Shown here: positions 37,501 to 44,721 of the stretch, piece after piece
How the letters are laid out: each line of letters begins with the position of its first letter
Position numbering within the stretch: the first letter of the stretch is position 1
Position numbers and translations under genes: made by a program
The notes under the pieces: generated by a model
What the model saw: only the letters and a program-made list of their open reading frames with translations
What the model was told of the DNA's origin: nothing
Database searches by the model: none
IMG/VR virus record: IMGVR_UViG_3300037589_000163
Coordinates: 10,016-74,015 of that record
Length of the DNA stretch: 64,000 nt
Reading direction: 5' to 3' (one strand)
Origin: a virus
Taxonomy: Duplodnaviria; Caudoviricetes

Positions 37501-39228
37501 GAAGTCCAGCAGGGTGGTTCATTGAGGATTGCTTCCGAAACAAGCCACGCAGAAATGGTAAGCAGGGGATATACCCGTGTGGCATCGTATGATGGATCTT
37601 CGGCCGATCGGACCCGCGGCAAACGAGCCTACTACTTTGCTCCGGTGTCGAGCCAGGCACCCTTCAGCCAGGGTGTCATGCAGACCGTTCACCAAACGGT
37701 GTCCGGTATTGATCCGGAAACAGGTTTCACGATCGGAGAAGTGATGGGTGGTCGCATCGAGAATATCGATGTGGTGAAAATCATTGCTCGTCAGGTTGGA
37801 AACCAGAAGACAACCAACGAAAATCTTCTCCCTGTTTTTGGAGATAATGGGGAGATCGTGGCTTTCGAAAGGGGTGCTGATGTTTCGAAGCTCCAGGGGC
37901 TGAACCGCAGCACGGATCTGTCGCAGATGATTGGTGTTTGGCGTGGTCGTCAGGCGGAAGAGCTTCTTGCAACGGAAGTGAACAAGCAGCTCGTCGACGC
38001 CCTGAAAGACACCTGGGAAGAAGGCCGCAAGGCCGGTCGGAAAGATGAGTTCGTGAACATCGCTGCTCTTGGTTCAAAGAAGAGCGATGACCGCATCCTT
38101 TCGGAAGCAGCTCGTCTCATTCCGAACCAGACCAGGGATTACATCAAGGAAGTCTTCGGTGGCGATCAGTTCATGGTTCGCAGGGACATGCTGCTTGACA
38201 CATTCGGAGCCCGCCAGGCTTCGGTGGGTGATCTGTTTACCGGTAAGACCCGGTGGAACCAGAAGGTCGTCAATGAGTTCGAGAAGGTCGCTGTAGGCAT
38301 TTTCGGAAAGCATGCCTATGTCGGAGCTGTCTCGGCCGAGAAGAACATCCAGGAGCTTGTCTCGAACGCCAAGACCATGATTGTGGTCAAGTCCGGTATC
38401 GTGCCGGCAGCGAACATGATCTCGAACCTGTTTCAGTTGCTCAACCGCGGTGTTCCGCTTCGCCATATCCTGGCCGGCGTTCCTGCAAAGACGGTGGAGA
38501 TCAACTCCTATATCAAGAACAGGCACAGGGAGATCGGTATCGAAGCCGATCTACGTGCAGCAATGGGTCGTCGTGACCTGGTTCAGATAAGGCGCCTGGA
38601 GAACCAGTTGAAAGGAATCCAGGACGGTTATCGTCGGATGAGCATCTGGCCGTTGATTGAAGCGGGTGAGTTTTCCGCAATTTCAAATGGACAGGTGACT
38701 GCCGAAGATCTGGCCGTGGCCGATGGCAAGTGGACTGATTGGATCGAGAACAAGATCAACACACTGCCTGGCGGTTTCCGTACAGCTGCACGATATGGGT
38801 TAATCACCCGGGACACTGCCTTGTTCCAGGGTCTGGCCAAAGCGGTTCAGTACGGAGATTTCGTGGCAAAGGCAGTGCTCTACGACGACATGACGCGCCG
38901 CAAAAAAGCCAAGAAAGAAGACGCTATCGCCACGGTGAACGAGGCTTTCGTCAACTACAACAAGTTGGCCGGCCGGGATCGTCAATACCTGGAAAGCGTT
39001 GGGCTCCTGTGGTTCTGGAACTACAAGATCCGGATCATGAAGGAAGCAGTTCACATGCTCCGACACAATCCTCTGAGGTCCCTGTTGATGACAGGGGTAC
39101 CGGTGGGAACTCCCGTAGGAGACAACATCGTCTCTGTCATCCTGGAAGATCGACTTGGATGGTCGATAGGACCTGGAATGGGGTGGAACAGTGTGAGCCT
39201 CAACCCCTGGATCAACCTTACACGTTGA
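28588..39228 (+). CDS. Virion-encapsidated single-subunit RNA polymerase (N4 gp50-like)
   Basis: 3546 aa with no Cys seen; NKLGR, EADGKTNGP (motif A), RGLTKNPLTITIYGSG (motif B) and LHVFDG (motif C). Confidence 0.97.
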   Translation: MVDKVNPALSAKGPRVASQPETVSEAQKLLQDIAQINQATSDPNAMAAMNISRERGNSLTGDNAVIQDYSTLTPVQFQNRYGMDAYDQMVAAGIGAAHARDLAGSSRDLGQIARDSALDVANGALGGIGGLNDFLIRGTVAGPIGDRLLQKNAENVQGGREFIDSFKTTPTKRLDYVDSIRTELDRIDNEKLTKQDASDDQGIVDSFRTYGKSILRDAGAGVERYAEDPSRLGSDVGEGVGSLLLGGAASKALSVGASGVVRATAPTSATSRFGAEAVDAAIQRAAFPLSIGAMEGGGASTQAILEVMEMPEEALLEQPAYQEMLSEGLSPADARSRLAARSGAIAASIAAPVAAATSKLVSRFEQAPFSGGSGSVVGNSAREFVEEGIQSGAGELAGNIGLKFSGADQDASLVEGVGSASVQGAIAGAGTAGAIQGPSAVLRNAAKAAGSTFKFAGDTVKKRGEKILANISKESAVSEESLAPALEAATTQATSVGEGLRKLATENSTNDASVEDYISRVERAVQTDEQDLYLIPDSMGPVLTQIQQETGRVPNRFETLTVAAATANNEALSQEERVAAATFLLKHIENNKKLFTEDFPEFLDNVPHDRPEFQAFEGYAGILSTIEQVPAIQQAIGWARQEMQAPESDVSKVDLNSDDGRKIVERTVELATVAPQAINLKAAEDILFQADEGTLNLSPERRRILRGATSLINAARAYAAQVRVMEPGVLEEQSEDLQQELDETRDRDEMMEFIGRQIEKDGGPKAHQTSLRDHVAGISLAASQGDMKTARRKAQRLVMFAMSHANKVSALSQSIRNGDGKNVPYKALAASDEFYTNKKGVGVRIGNPGSERFARKVQAEAMAIAQLANDISNQYPEFGLRQVEVSDLGLQNVEVGQREPAPAEQTELPQATTAEQVQVRQEELPLPRSQPAQEPSQATSEETSVDASSTVAAEKVVSETVDEATAGPEDTGSGPAAASTSTELQGGYYPAEVTDQSSDRVSELLDGVSEDVDYRPTTAEEYPDLVAPNGNNWFHKSFRSPENLKSRVVWLTNPIKDFKRILSKSSELVSFMGNPDLRYDVNGQDAAGFRKLLSLADPALEAIENRLKARLKKDGLLEKIGQGLEVNRFRDLRVLNLMRQDGTGYNTQLVETAVIAGLDWAINMSSRAARMTVSEVASIMGVDEADAAPYVEEFNRGMSMDIAKRSLADRIVQFWGVEPEKSARDGLTKGIPEAMAAEVLHGLEAAGLLELGIEKKDGEDKRLAFPHLTEKKFNRVLFDTRTEEMEGLIRSLDGKHDLLADMVLVNREVEDFSIGEPVTDIDQRQLRNPMVALSNQQKKTLEHVQSTPYFPNQVVYDFYQTLGEEAYVTMMSGHPYQKGDLEKTHVEMGLNRIHWESIKGRQRGLVSDFRNVTKQMTAVRRKGENVPTYYKHHINKLGRTQMAGLSNPQTSKLAREIFMPTRSELDLSENAPDMDKFLMTVGQGIGLKTEKETRADIVIKVMEKTMTEGGEFYQTVQNLKSWLQQRENDQGQDIDLGVFEDLRSHGLSDHGLHSLIAVARYELASETGGDLSKFEVFNYLEADGKTNGPINALMTLAAGKITPAWLNAVGKGGAFFGRLNKTLNSHEDKVDLYEESSTETQVQIVELNAALAESDESSHELFIRFKRFLSALEANVEIDSNGEITIKRGLTKNPLTITIYGSGAKGIAGKVTDEIVNAIYENLSKSIQDGKHAGELIYGDGKGSDFMSDLVELTSKVVLRSKDSEEYFVMGETKEIGGSSQNFTFNREQYSNLRQNVLTFLVNPMRLAIDKKVTGHVGRTTSAVQQATQIQSIFLKGMTIDKVTRRLAEMKNDPDKFSYREGEFLNRNEQQDIQDNLKRFSPIIDTGTQAYMMSGGERSDLFEKTVVDIDGKPVEVTMPETFSRSLSGDMKTPAYFYGPTLAGVRAIPTLVVGSGDGQMMLNFLSGNPEAARRVLHVFDGLNMPADAIDDYSRLVNQAVFQTWTSDKNPVRAAYESFKAFVEASPIEELFPGDQMNDQQKQALLELSQVALDRFEVAEGDIIDTETVSQLLNLTLDRLERLANETDARRQVYAEFDLSVDQMASGESPFVNEGSIKLEENTSIEDIAYEMQARYEEILTNQTKPKTEKTSVSGVESPNQKLEEFIQSVANTNENGALVLDPDQLSAMPDKILNSSQKQVLSAAVKSLAGAGYRLVFGTPSVLDAWEQANNADRFLPGSNNGYGKIDPISKVVLVSNTSGETLVHELVHAATFMKVKAAFEDPKAIPKEDLEAVARIEGLMAEWLAQDFSEFDEAAQDARRQAVATVEGYHRRGQTAQAVNEFMAWVLGNQNLSRAALLTKVKNPLAKIARNALAALKKLVFGTDKVDPVHDDLMSNLRFNTQVLMATPTPIELLRQDYNDMALYQSATFGNDQRISELRDLFGRKIIAWVKGSGTDVINRLQSSGRAVEALDAYKAGFNTARAFGYHFDGLGNMQANSTFASIQAALMTEMDLNSNSLSRIEELYNHVMGQLSPSSFQEKPDQNDPNDLYQAQGKFNVLSGIYINETDKLGRSSLMSSFLALAMVDDGFRKILAGMNKPENEQSQDRTLDGLLENAANAGLDRLSLYLAGEKKQDKSVQEALDSLTIAMIENVGDQRAFVEQQTETFFEQVEEKVANSIQETSARVAEKSADVARNSNSRTVKAGATIVNVFSTMINEQKSSDAMLGMVSWLNQKEGMELIRDTVGNFIGRTRENAGVFDMISKVRAQVQQVRQNFREDLPVKLSKEFSRPPTAKQWTAMYNALGRSDIASLVRSYGVGKTVDLVADTSKIDAEVQKLERQIQADNASRFPKIKEKSLQLAKFMMTGEHGPQLLRNAEAIARLLGERGLALRTAPSQELVESIDKLVTLYALQGLDDNSRADVTTLLGNTKDRSGVEFVTSYLVGQRNDELAKVGSNKTASFNHYKGHIPSEVQQGGSLRIASETSHAEMVSRGYTRVASYDGSSADRTRGKRAYYFAPVSSQAPFSQGVMQTVHQTVSGIDPETGFTIGEVMGGRIENIDVVKIIARQVGNQKTTNENLLPVFGDNGEIVAFERGADVSKLQGLNRSTDLSQMIGVWRGRQAEELLATEVNKQLVDALKDTWEEGRKAGRKDEFVNIAALGSKKSDDRILSEAARLIPNQTRDYIKEVFGGDQFMVRRDMLLDTFGARQASVGDLFTGKTRWNQKVVNEFEKVAVGIFGKHAYVGAVSAEKNIQELVSNAKTMIVVKSGIVPAANMISNLFQLLNRGVPLRHILAGVPAKTVEINSYIKNRHREIGIEADLRAAMGRRDLVQIRRLENQLKGIQDGYRRMSIWPLIEAGEFSAISNGQVTAEDLAVADGKWTDWIENKINTLPGGFRTAARYGLITRDTALFQGLAKAVQYGDFVAKAVLYDDMTRRKKAKKEDAIATVNEAFVNYNKLAGRDRQYLESVGLLWFWNYKIRIMKEAVHMLRHNPLRSLLMTGVPVGTPVGDNIVSVILEDRLGWSIGPGMGWNSVSLNPWINLTR

Positions 39229-39252
39229 TCCAGGTTGAGGGCGCTGTTTCGA

Positions 39253-39609
39253 CTATTCAGGGAGCGGCGAAAACTTTGGCTTTGCCGCCTGCTTGGCTCT
39301 GATCTTTTCGACCTTGGTCCAGCATCGATCTAGCTCGATGTGACCGGCCTCAATCATGTCGATATCTCGAGCAAGGCAGAGAGCCGCGAGAGTGTTCATG
39401 ACGCCGCCGACCTCCTGCTTAATCTCGCCTTGGTCTCGCCCATAGACGTAATCGACCAACTGCAAGGCTTCCTCTTTCGTGCAGTCACACGCCTGAGCAA
39501 GCTCCAGAGCCTCCTCCAAAAAGCGGTGATTTCGTTCTGTCTCATCCCGAGCAATCACTATGCCGAAGCATGCGATTAGCCACCGATCAACGCGCTCTTG
39601 AAATTTCAT
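39253..39609 (-). CDS. MazG-like NTP pyrophosphohydrolase
   Basis: RFLEEALELAQ...KQEVGGV acidic helical pattern. Confidence 0.6.
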   Translation of the reverse strand: MKFQERVDRWLIACFGIVIARDETERNHRFLEEALELAQACDCTKEEALQLVDYVYGRDQGEIKQEVGGVMNTLAALCLARDIDMIEAGHIELDRCWTKVEKIRAKQAAKPKFSPLPE

Positions 39610-39833
39610 TTCAACCTCCTGATTAGTTGCGCCCGGATCAGATCCGGGCGCAGATAGATGCCGGGTTCTGTCGGGAATGGTGAATTGGGATCGCCGTAGT
39701 AGATCAGCCCTTCTGCGGCCATGTCGCGCCGGACCATAGGTCCGATCGGATCATTGTCGTCATCGAATGCCTCTACTGAAAGCGGCCGCTGGCCAGTGTT
39801 GTTGATGTAATCGACGTACTTTTGATGCTTCAC
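39606..39833 (-). CDS. Hypothetical protein
   Basis: 75-aa ORF coupled to the next gene by an ATGA overlap. Confidence 0.65.
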   Translation of the reverse strand: MKHQKYVDYINNTGQRPLSVEAFDDDNDPIGPMVRRDMAAEGLIYYGDPNSPFPTEPGIYLRPDLIRAQLIRRLK

Positions 39834-39858
39834 GTTAGCCTCCGGGCTAGTTGGGTTG

Positions 39859-40398
39859 TTACGGTGCGAGATCTTTGAATCGCGCTAAGAACCGCATTTC
39901 CGCCATTTCTGGTGACCAGAATTTGACCTTCACCGGTGCAGCTTCTAGCTCATAGGTGTAACGCCATTTGTGGTTGTTACCCATTACTTGTTGCTGCTCG
40001 GCTGCCAGCATCCGAATGTCCATTTCCTTGACTGCCGGCGACATCTTTGCCGGAAGACCAAAGCGATCCGCAATTGCTGCTTCGACACGATCCTCGACAG
40101 CCATGTAATCCGGCAACATCATCTTCAGCGGTTTCGGCATATCGCAGATGAAAGCTTCTGCGGCATCATGCATCAACGCCTGGAAGGCGAGATCAGCCGG
40201 CATACAGTCGCTCATGAGAACGCAATGCTCCGCAACCGAATAGAAGCGCTGGCACTGTCCACCGAAACGGCAGGTGTTCGACAATCCCTTGGCAATATCT
40301 CCAATGGAGAAATTGCTCTGATCGGGACGATCGTAATTGAAATAGACACCGCTCGAAAGCAGGATCGTCGGCCCATTGTTATGTGACATATCGTCCAT
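39859..40398 (-). CDS. HD-domain 5'-deoxynucleotidase-like protein (YfbR/YfdR type)
   Basis: YSVAEHC, ALMHDAAEAFICDMPKPLK and DIRMLAAE motifs. Confidence 0.85.
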   Translation of the reverse strand: MDDMSHNNGPTILLSSGVYFNYDRPDQSNFSIGDIAKGLSNTCRFGGQCQRFYSVAEHCVLMSDCMPADLAFQALMHDAAEAFICDMPKPLKMMLPDYMAVEDRVEAAIADRFGLPAKMSPAVKEMDIRMLAAEQQQVMGNNHKWRYTYELEAAPVKVKFWSPEMAEMRFLARFKDLAP

Positions 40399-40422
40399 TG
40401 TTGGCCTCCGGCCTTTTCTGAA

Positions 40423-40677
40423 TCAGGTTGAGTAATCGAGGACAAACAGTCGTTCGGCATCGATCGGAACTGCGAGTGTGCCTGTGAAGTCATCTCCGGC
40501 CATACCTGGACCTGATTGGTTCACCCACTCTGTTTGAACTCCGTCGAAGTCGCTTTCTTGCTCTTCAAATTTCGAGAAATCGAAATCCTCCCGACGCACC
40601 AAACGTGGGAAGTAAACGTGTCCATTGACGTTCATTTCATCGCATACTGCGGCGATGATGCTGATTGGGTCTTTCAT
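40423..40677 (-). CDS. Hypothetical acidic protein
   Basis: Start reassigned to MKDPIS; contains WVNQSGPGMAGDDFTG. Confidence 0.6.
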   Translation of the reverse strand: MKDPISIIAAVCDEMNVNGHVYFPRLVRREDFDFSKFEEQESDFDGVQTEWVNQSGPGMAGDDFTGTLAVPIDAERLFVLDYST

Positions 40678-40690
40678 GATCAGCTCCGGT

Positions 40691-40903
40691 TCAGTTGATC
40701 TGTTGAGGTGCAGCATCGCAACGGCCGACACAAAGCCAGACGTCGCCGTAATCCATGCTGGCAACGGCGATCGCACCAAGCATGAACCAGAATGCTGCTG
40801 TGCGAACGGAGGGCCAAGGATCAAATGAATTGGCTGTTTTTCTCAGCTCAGCAGCGATCACTTTTGGATCGCAGTTTGTCATCTCGGCTTTGTAATTAGC
40901 CAT
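40691..40903 (-). CDS. Small membrane protein
   Basis: 70 aa with one TM segment; GGAGG RBS. Confidence 0.6.
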   Translation of the reverse strand: MANYKAEMTNCDPKVIAAELRKTANSFDPWPSVRTAAFWFMLGAIAVASMDYGDVWLCVGRCDAAPQQIN

Positions 40904-40955
40904 GATTTGCCTTTCCTCCTGGATCAGGCCATAAACTGGCCTTCGTTTTCAGGAG

Positions 40956-41354
40956 ATGGTTGATATGAATCGTTTGTTGGTGTTTGTAGTTGTCGTCTTG
41001 TCAGGGTGCTCGACGACATCAGATCCAGCTCCTCAGTTTGTTCCAGAGCACGGTCAATATTATATGACCGGTGATCCCAGGTGCGTGACAAGAGCTGCCT
41101 CGAAAGAACAAGCTTTCATTGCATGCTACGACAACAAAGGAACCATGACTGAGAAGCGCCGTCCTCTGACAGAAACAGAGCTGGCTTTCTACATGAGCTC
41201 TCAATCCAGTCGAAATTACCAGGCTCCAATTGCCGGGCCGTCGCCAGTGATCAGTTATCCGACGATGCAAACCCCTGCGGTAGCGGCAATTGACCCCCTT
41301 GGAGGCAGAAGGATCAATTGCATTTCCACAGGGGTTCACACGAGTTGCCGGTGA
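40956..41354 (+). CDS. Lipoprotein of unknown function, counter-oriented
   Basis: Signal peptide with lipobox VLSGC; AGGAG RBS; two probable Cys pairs. Confidence 0.7.
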   Translation: MVDMNRLLVFVVVVLSGCSTTSDPAPQFVPEHGQYYMTGDPRCVTRAASKEQAFIACYDNKGTMTEKRRPLTETELAFYMSSQSSRNYQAPIAGPSPVISYPTMQTPAVAAIDPLGGRRINCISTGVHTSCR

Positions 41355-41380
41355 CGTGTGATCGACGTCAACGGCCTCTA

Positions 41381-41412
41381 ACACCCCTCCTAGACGAGGA
41401 TGAAAGGGGTGT
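41381..41412. terminator. Hairpin between the convergent lipoprotein and dUTPase genes
   Basis: ACACCCCT...AGGGGTGT inverted repeat. Confidence 0.45.
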
Positions 41413-41418
41413 ATCTGC

Positions 41419-41892
41419 TTAACGGCCGGTCGAGCCGAAGCCGCCTTCACCGCGGATTGACGGATTGAGATCCTGGACCACAAGGAATTGAGCCTGAAAA
41501 ACAGGAGCCAGGATCATCTGAGCAATGCGGTCGCCTCTTTTCAGCCTGATCGGGAAGTTGTGAATGTTGTGGAGCATGACATGGACTTCCCCACGGTAGT
41601 CGCTGTCGATCGTTGCCGGGGCATTCGGCATGATAAGTCCTTTTTTGCCTATGCTCGAACGCACCCGAAGCTGAACCTCGAATCCTGGGGGGATCTCGAG
41701 AGCGAATCGACAAGGAATGGTGACTGTCTCGCCAGGGTGTATCTCCCAGTCTACCGGAAGAAAGATGTCAGCGCCGGCAGATCCACTCGTGGCGTAAACC
41801 GGAACCTGAACATCCAGGTTGAAAGGTTTGATTTTCATCAACATTTGTTGGCTTTCGGTTAAAGAGCCAGGTGGCCCTTTAAGAAGGGCCAC
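41419..41892 (-). CDS. dut: Trimeric dUTPase
   Basis: SAGADI, VRSSIG, TIDSDYRGE, RIAQM and RGEGGFGSTG motifs. Confidence 0.95.
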   Translation of the reverse strand: MALLKGPPGSLTESQQMLMKIKPFNLDVQVPVYATSGSAGADIFLPVDWEIHPGETVTIPCRFALEIPPGFEVQLRVRSSIGKKGLIMPNAPATIDSDYRGEVHVMLHNIHNFPIRLKRGDRIAQMILAPVFQAQFLVVQDLNPSIRGEGGFGSTGR

Positions 41893-42049
41893 CCAGATCT
41901 TTGTTGACCTTGATCATCACATAAGCTGCGAGGGCAACGCCGACGAAAATCATGAAGAGGATCAAGAAGGGCAGGATAGCGAGGATTGCCAGGATCACCA
42001 GGATGGCAAGCCCTGCTACTGCCAGGGCTTTTATCGCATCCATGACGGA

Positions 42050-42577
42050 TCAGGCCTTGGCGCCGGGACGTGTCAGGTTGGCGAACAGGGAAGTTGCCGG
42101 CTTGGCGTCATCCGATGCACTTGGATCCAGAGGAACAGAAGAAGATTCCTTGCTCGAAAAGATCTTCTGAGATTCGTTGGTTGCAGCAACCGGCTTGTCG
42201 TCTTCCTTCTTGGAAGGCTCATCGGCCTTGGTTTCAGCTTCCTGTTCAGGTTCAGGTTCCTTGGTGTCCTGTTCCTTTTCAGCCTTGGTGTCGGAAGTCT
42301 TTTCCTCCACCTCTTCGGACGGCTTTTCGTCCTCTTCGTTGACGTCGGCAACGTCGACTGCACGAGGAGTCCGACCACGCTTCTTGGGCTTGGGTCCACG
42401 CTTGGTCGTGTTTTCCTCGGGAGCACCGATACCGACGTAGACGACAACTTCGTCGCCGCTTGTGTCAAAGTCGAAGGAGAACTCCTGGCCGTCCTTGACG
42501 TTGATCTGGGAGAGAACCACGGTACGGATCGCGTCTTCGACCTCACTGTGGTTGAGAATGATTTGCATGTTCTTCAC
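42050..42577 (-). CDS. Hypothetical protein with a long acidic low-complexity tail (N4 gp47-like position)
   Basis: Folded N-terminus (MQIILNHSEVEDAI), E/K-rich middle and a SLFANL C-terminal motif. Confidence 0.7.
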   Translation of the reverse strand: MKNMQIILNHSEVEDAIRTVVLSQINVKDGQEFSFDFDTSGDEVVVYVGIGAPEENTTKRGPKPKKRGRTPRAVDVADVNEEDEKPSEEVEEKTSDTKAEKEQDTKEPEPEQEAETKADEPSKKEDDKPVAATNESQKIFSSKESSSVPLDPSASDDAKPATSLFANLTRPGAKA

Positions 42578-43131
42578 ACCTCGTTGAAAATTCGCATTAG
42601 ATTTTGGAACATGGGGGTTTTGACTCCCGAGTGGATGGCTGCGAGGGCATCCGCTATGTGTTCCGCCTGGTCCTGGACTTTCCCAGAATTGTTCCTGGGC
42701 AAATCGATGTCGGGGTAGAGATTGATGGCCTGGTCGATCATCATTCTCTTGGTGGCATTCCGGTCACTGGTGAATACCAACTTTGATTCAAGGGCGGTGA
42801 CTTCGATCAGAGGCACGCCCAAGGCACGGACAGCTCCCAGAACTCCAACACACATGCCGTAACTGGCCATGGCCCTTGCTGATTTGGATCCAACAGGAAC
42901 CTCAACAAATATGACTTTGGCTTTCTGGGATGCGGGAATAACCACTTCACCTAGCTGCTCAGCCAGATAAAGGTCTTTGGAGTTCTGTCGAACCTGCTTC
43001 CCTTCTGGATCCTTCGGCCGCACGACCGATGTGCGGAGGATGTCCAGAATTCCTGAAGACAGATCCAGGGAGCCCTCGACAAGACCCCAGTTTCTTAGGC
43101 TGGGGTCCATGCCGAGAACGTTGATCCGCAT
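42574..43131 (-). CDS. ruvC: RuvC-like Holliday junction resolvase (N4 gp46-like)
   Basis: VLGMDPSLRNWG, IFVEVP and EHIADALAA motifs. Confidence 0.88.
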   Translation of the reverse strand: MRINVLGMDPSLRNWGLVEGSLDLSSGILDILRTSVVRPKDPEGKQVRQNSKDLYLAEQLGEVVIPASQKAKVIFVEVPVGSKSARAMASYGMCVGVLGAVRALGVPLIEVTALESKLVFTSDRNATKRMMIDQAINLYPDIDLPRNNSGKVQDQAEHIADALAAIHSGVKTPMFQNLMRIFNEV

Positions 43132-43140
43132 CGGCGCCGA

Positions 43141-43896
43141 TCAGTTGTTGAAGAGCGAGCCGGTGGGCTTTGCCGAGTTTGCCTGCGGCGGGCTGCCGGG
43201 ACGGCCGCTCTTGCCCTGCTGTGCCGAAGAACCATCCTTGATCGAACGCTTGTCCCGGACTTTGCCGGAGTTGATTTCGACCCAGGCCGGGTAGAAGGCA
43301 GCGGTCTGGACGCCCTTCTTGGCTTCGGGGATGGTCAGGTTCGAGGGGTGGTGGAAAACCTTGTCGATGCAGTTTTCCTCGCGGGTGTCCGCGGTGTCCT
43401 CGTAGACGCCGGCCGAGTTCTTGGCCTGCTTGTTGACGAGCTGCTTCATGATACCGAGGCTGACCTGTTTGCCGAGCACTTCAACCAGCATCTTGACGGT
43501 CGTCGGAACTTCCTTCTTGGCCTCGAAATCGTAAATGTTGACCACCTTCTCTTCGGACGGCTGTTCAGACAGAGGCTTGCCGGTGGTCGCCAGGCAGATG
43601 TCGTCGATCGTGGTGAAGCCGGGGAGAGGAACCTTCTTCGACTTGTCGTTCTTGTCGAGATAGAAGTTCTGGTTCTGTCGGTTGGTGACCCAGATGGTCT
43701 CTCGGTATTCCTTGCCCTGTGCGTCCTTGGCGGTCACTGTGACGGACCGGGCCTGGGAATTGGCAGCGTCGCCGGCGTAGAAAGATGTGATGGTATAGAG
43801 ATCAATGCCGCTTTCGCGGACGGAGAAATTCCCTCCGAGACGATCTTCGGCCTCTTCAAGGCCATCGTTTGTCAGATTGCCAAACTCGTTGCTCAT
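43141..43896 (-). CDS. Single-stranded DNA-binding protein (N4 gp45-like)
   Basis: LEEAEDRLGG, YRETIWVTN and LPGFTTIDDICL patterns; C-terminal SLF. Confidence 0.85.
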   Translation of the reverse strand: MSNEFGNLTNDGLEEAEDRLGGNFSVRESGIDLYTITSFYAGDAANSQARSVTVTAKDAQGKEYRETIWVTNRQNQNFYLDKNDKSKKVPLPGFTTIDDICLATTGKPLSEQPSEEKVVNIYDFEAKKEVPTTVKMLVEVLGKQVSLGIMKQLVNKQAKNSAGVYEDTADTREENCIDKVFHHPSNLTIPEAKKGVQTAAFYPAWVEINSGKVRDKRSIKDGSSAQQGKSGRPGSPPQANSAKPTGSLFNN

Positions 43897-43948
43897 CTGT
43901 TTTTCCTTTTATGAGATGTGGTTGTGTTTGGGACGTCGAATGTCCTGA

Positions 43949-44680
43949 TCAGTTTCCGTAGAATTTGTTCAGGTGTTGCAGGAGCAACCAGCAATCGTTG
44001 TCCATGTAGGTCTGTTCCCGAGAGAACATTCCCATCGGAGAGCGAATCCGCTCCCCAACTGTCTCCTTGGTCAGGCGTGTCTGAAAGACGTGCTTGTAGC
44101 CGAGGTCCCGATCTTCTTCCGTGATGGTGAGGAGATCGGATTGGTATTTCTCGAGCTCGATGATGCTGACCTTTTTGGCCGACACCACGGTCGAGAAGTA
44201 AGCTTCGATGCCGTTGTTCTTGAGAGCTCCCTTGACGGGAACCACAGTCTGCATCTCGTGCTTGGCCTCGTTCAGTTCAGAGCGGGTATGGCCAAGAATG
44301 ATGGTCGGTTTGCCGAAGCGGACAACCTGGTCCTGCATGAGGTTCTTAAAGAACTGGAAATACTGGGACCAGGCGGTCTGTGTGTTGGTGGATCCAACAA
44401 CGTAGACGCTCTCGAACATCTCCATGAGGAAGGTGATTGTGTCGATGATGGAGCCATCCCAGTTTCCTGGATTTTCGATCGCTTCATCGAGTGCGTGGTA
44501 GATCGTGTAAGGATCGGTGATCTTGAGTGTCTTGAACTTGTTGGCGAAAGGTAGACGTTTGCCTGCTTCGCAGTTCAGATACATCCAGTTTTCCTGGTTC
44601 GGTATGTTCCGCAGACTGGCTGATTTACCAGACGCAGACTCGCCCGAAACAAGAACGAGCTGTTCGTTCATGGCTTCCAT
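43949..44680 (-). CDS. AAA/P-loop ATPase (N4 gp44-like, Sak4-type)
   Basis: GESASGKS Walker A, IIDTIT Walker B and RIRSPMGMF. Confidence 0.85.
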   Translation of the reverse strand: MEAMNEQLVLVSGESASGKSASLRNIPNQENWMYLNCEAGKRLPFANKFKTLKITDPYTIYHALDEAIENPGNWDGSIIDTITFLMEMFESVYVVGSTNTQTAWSQYFQFFKNLMQDQVVRFGKPTIILGHTRSELNEAKHEMQTVVPVKGALKNNGIEAYFSTVVSAKKVSIIELEKYQSDLLTITEEDRDLGYKHVFQTRLTKETVGERIRSPMGMFSREQTYMDNDCWLLLQHLNKFYGN

Positions 44681-44721
44681 GAGGTGTCCTCAAATTTTGG
44701 TTGGTGGGCAGGGGCCTGAGA

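Noticed and set aside
25843-38526. Long - strand ORFs (e.g. 596 aa at 25843..27633, 795 aa at 31078..33465, 399 aa, 385 aa)
   Set aside because: They are antisense shadows of gp51 and the vRNAP gene caused by codon bias, with no recognisable motifs or RBS.
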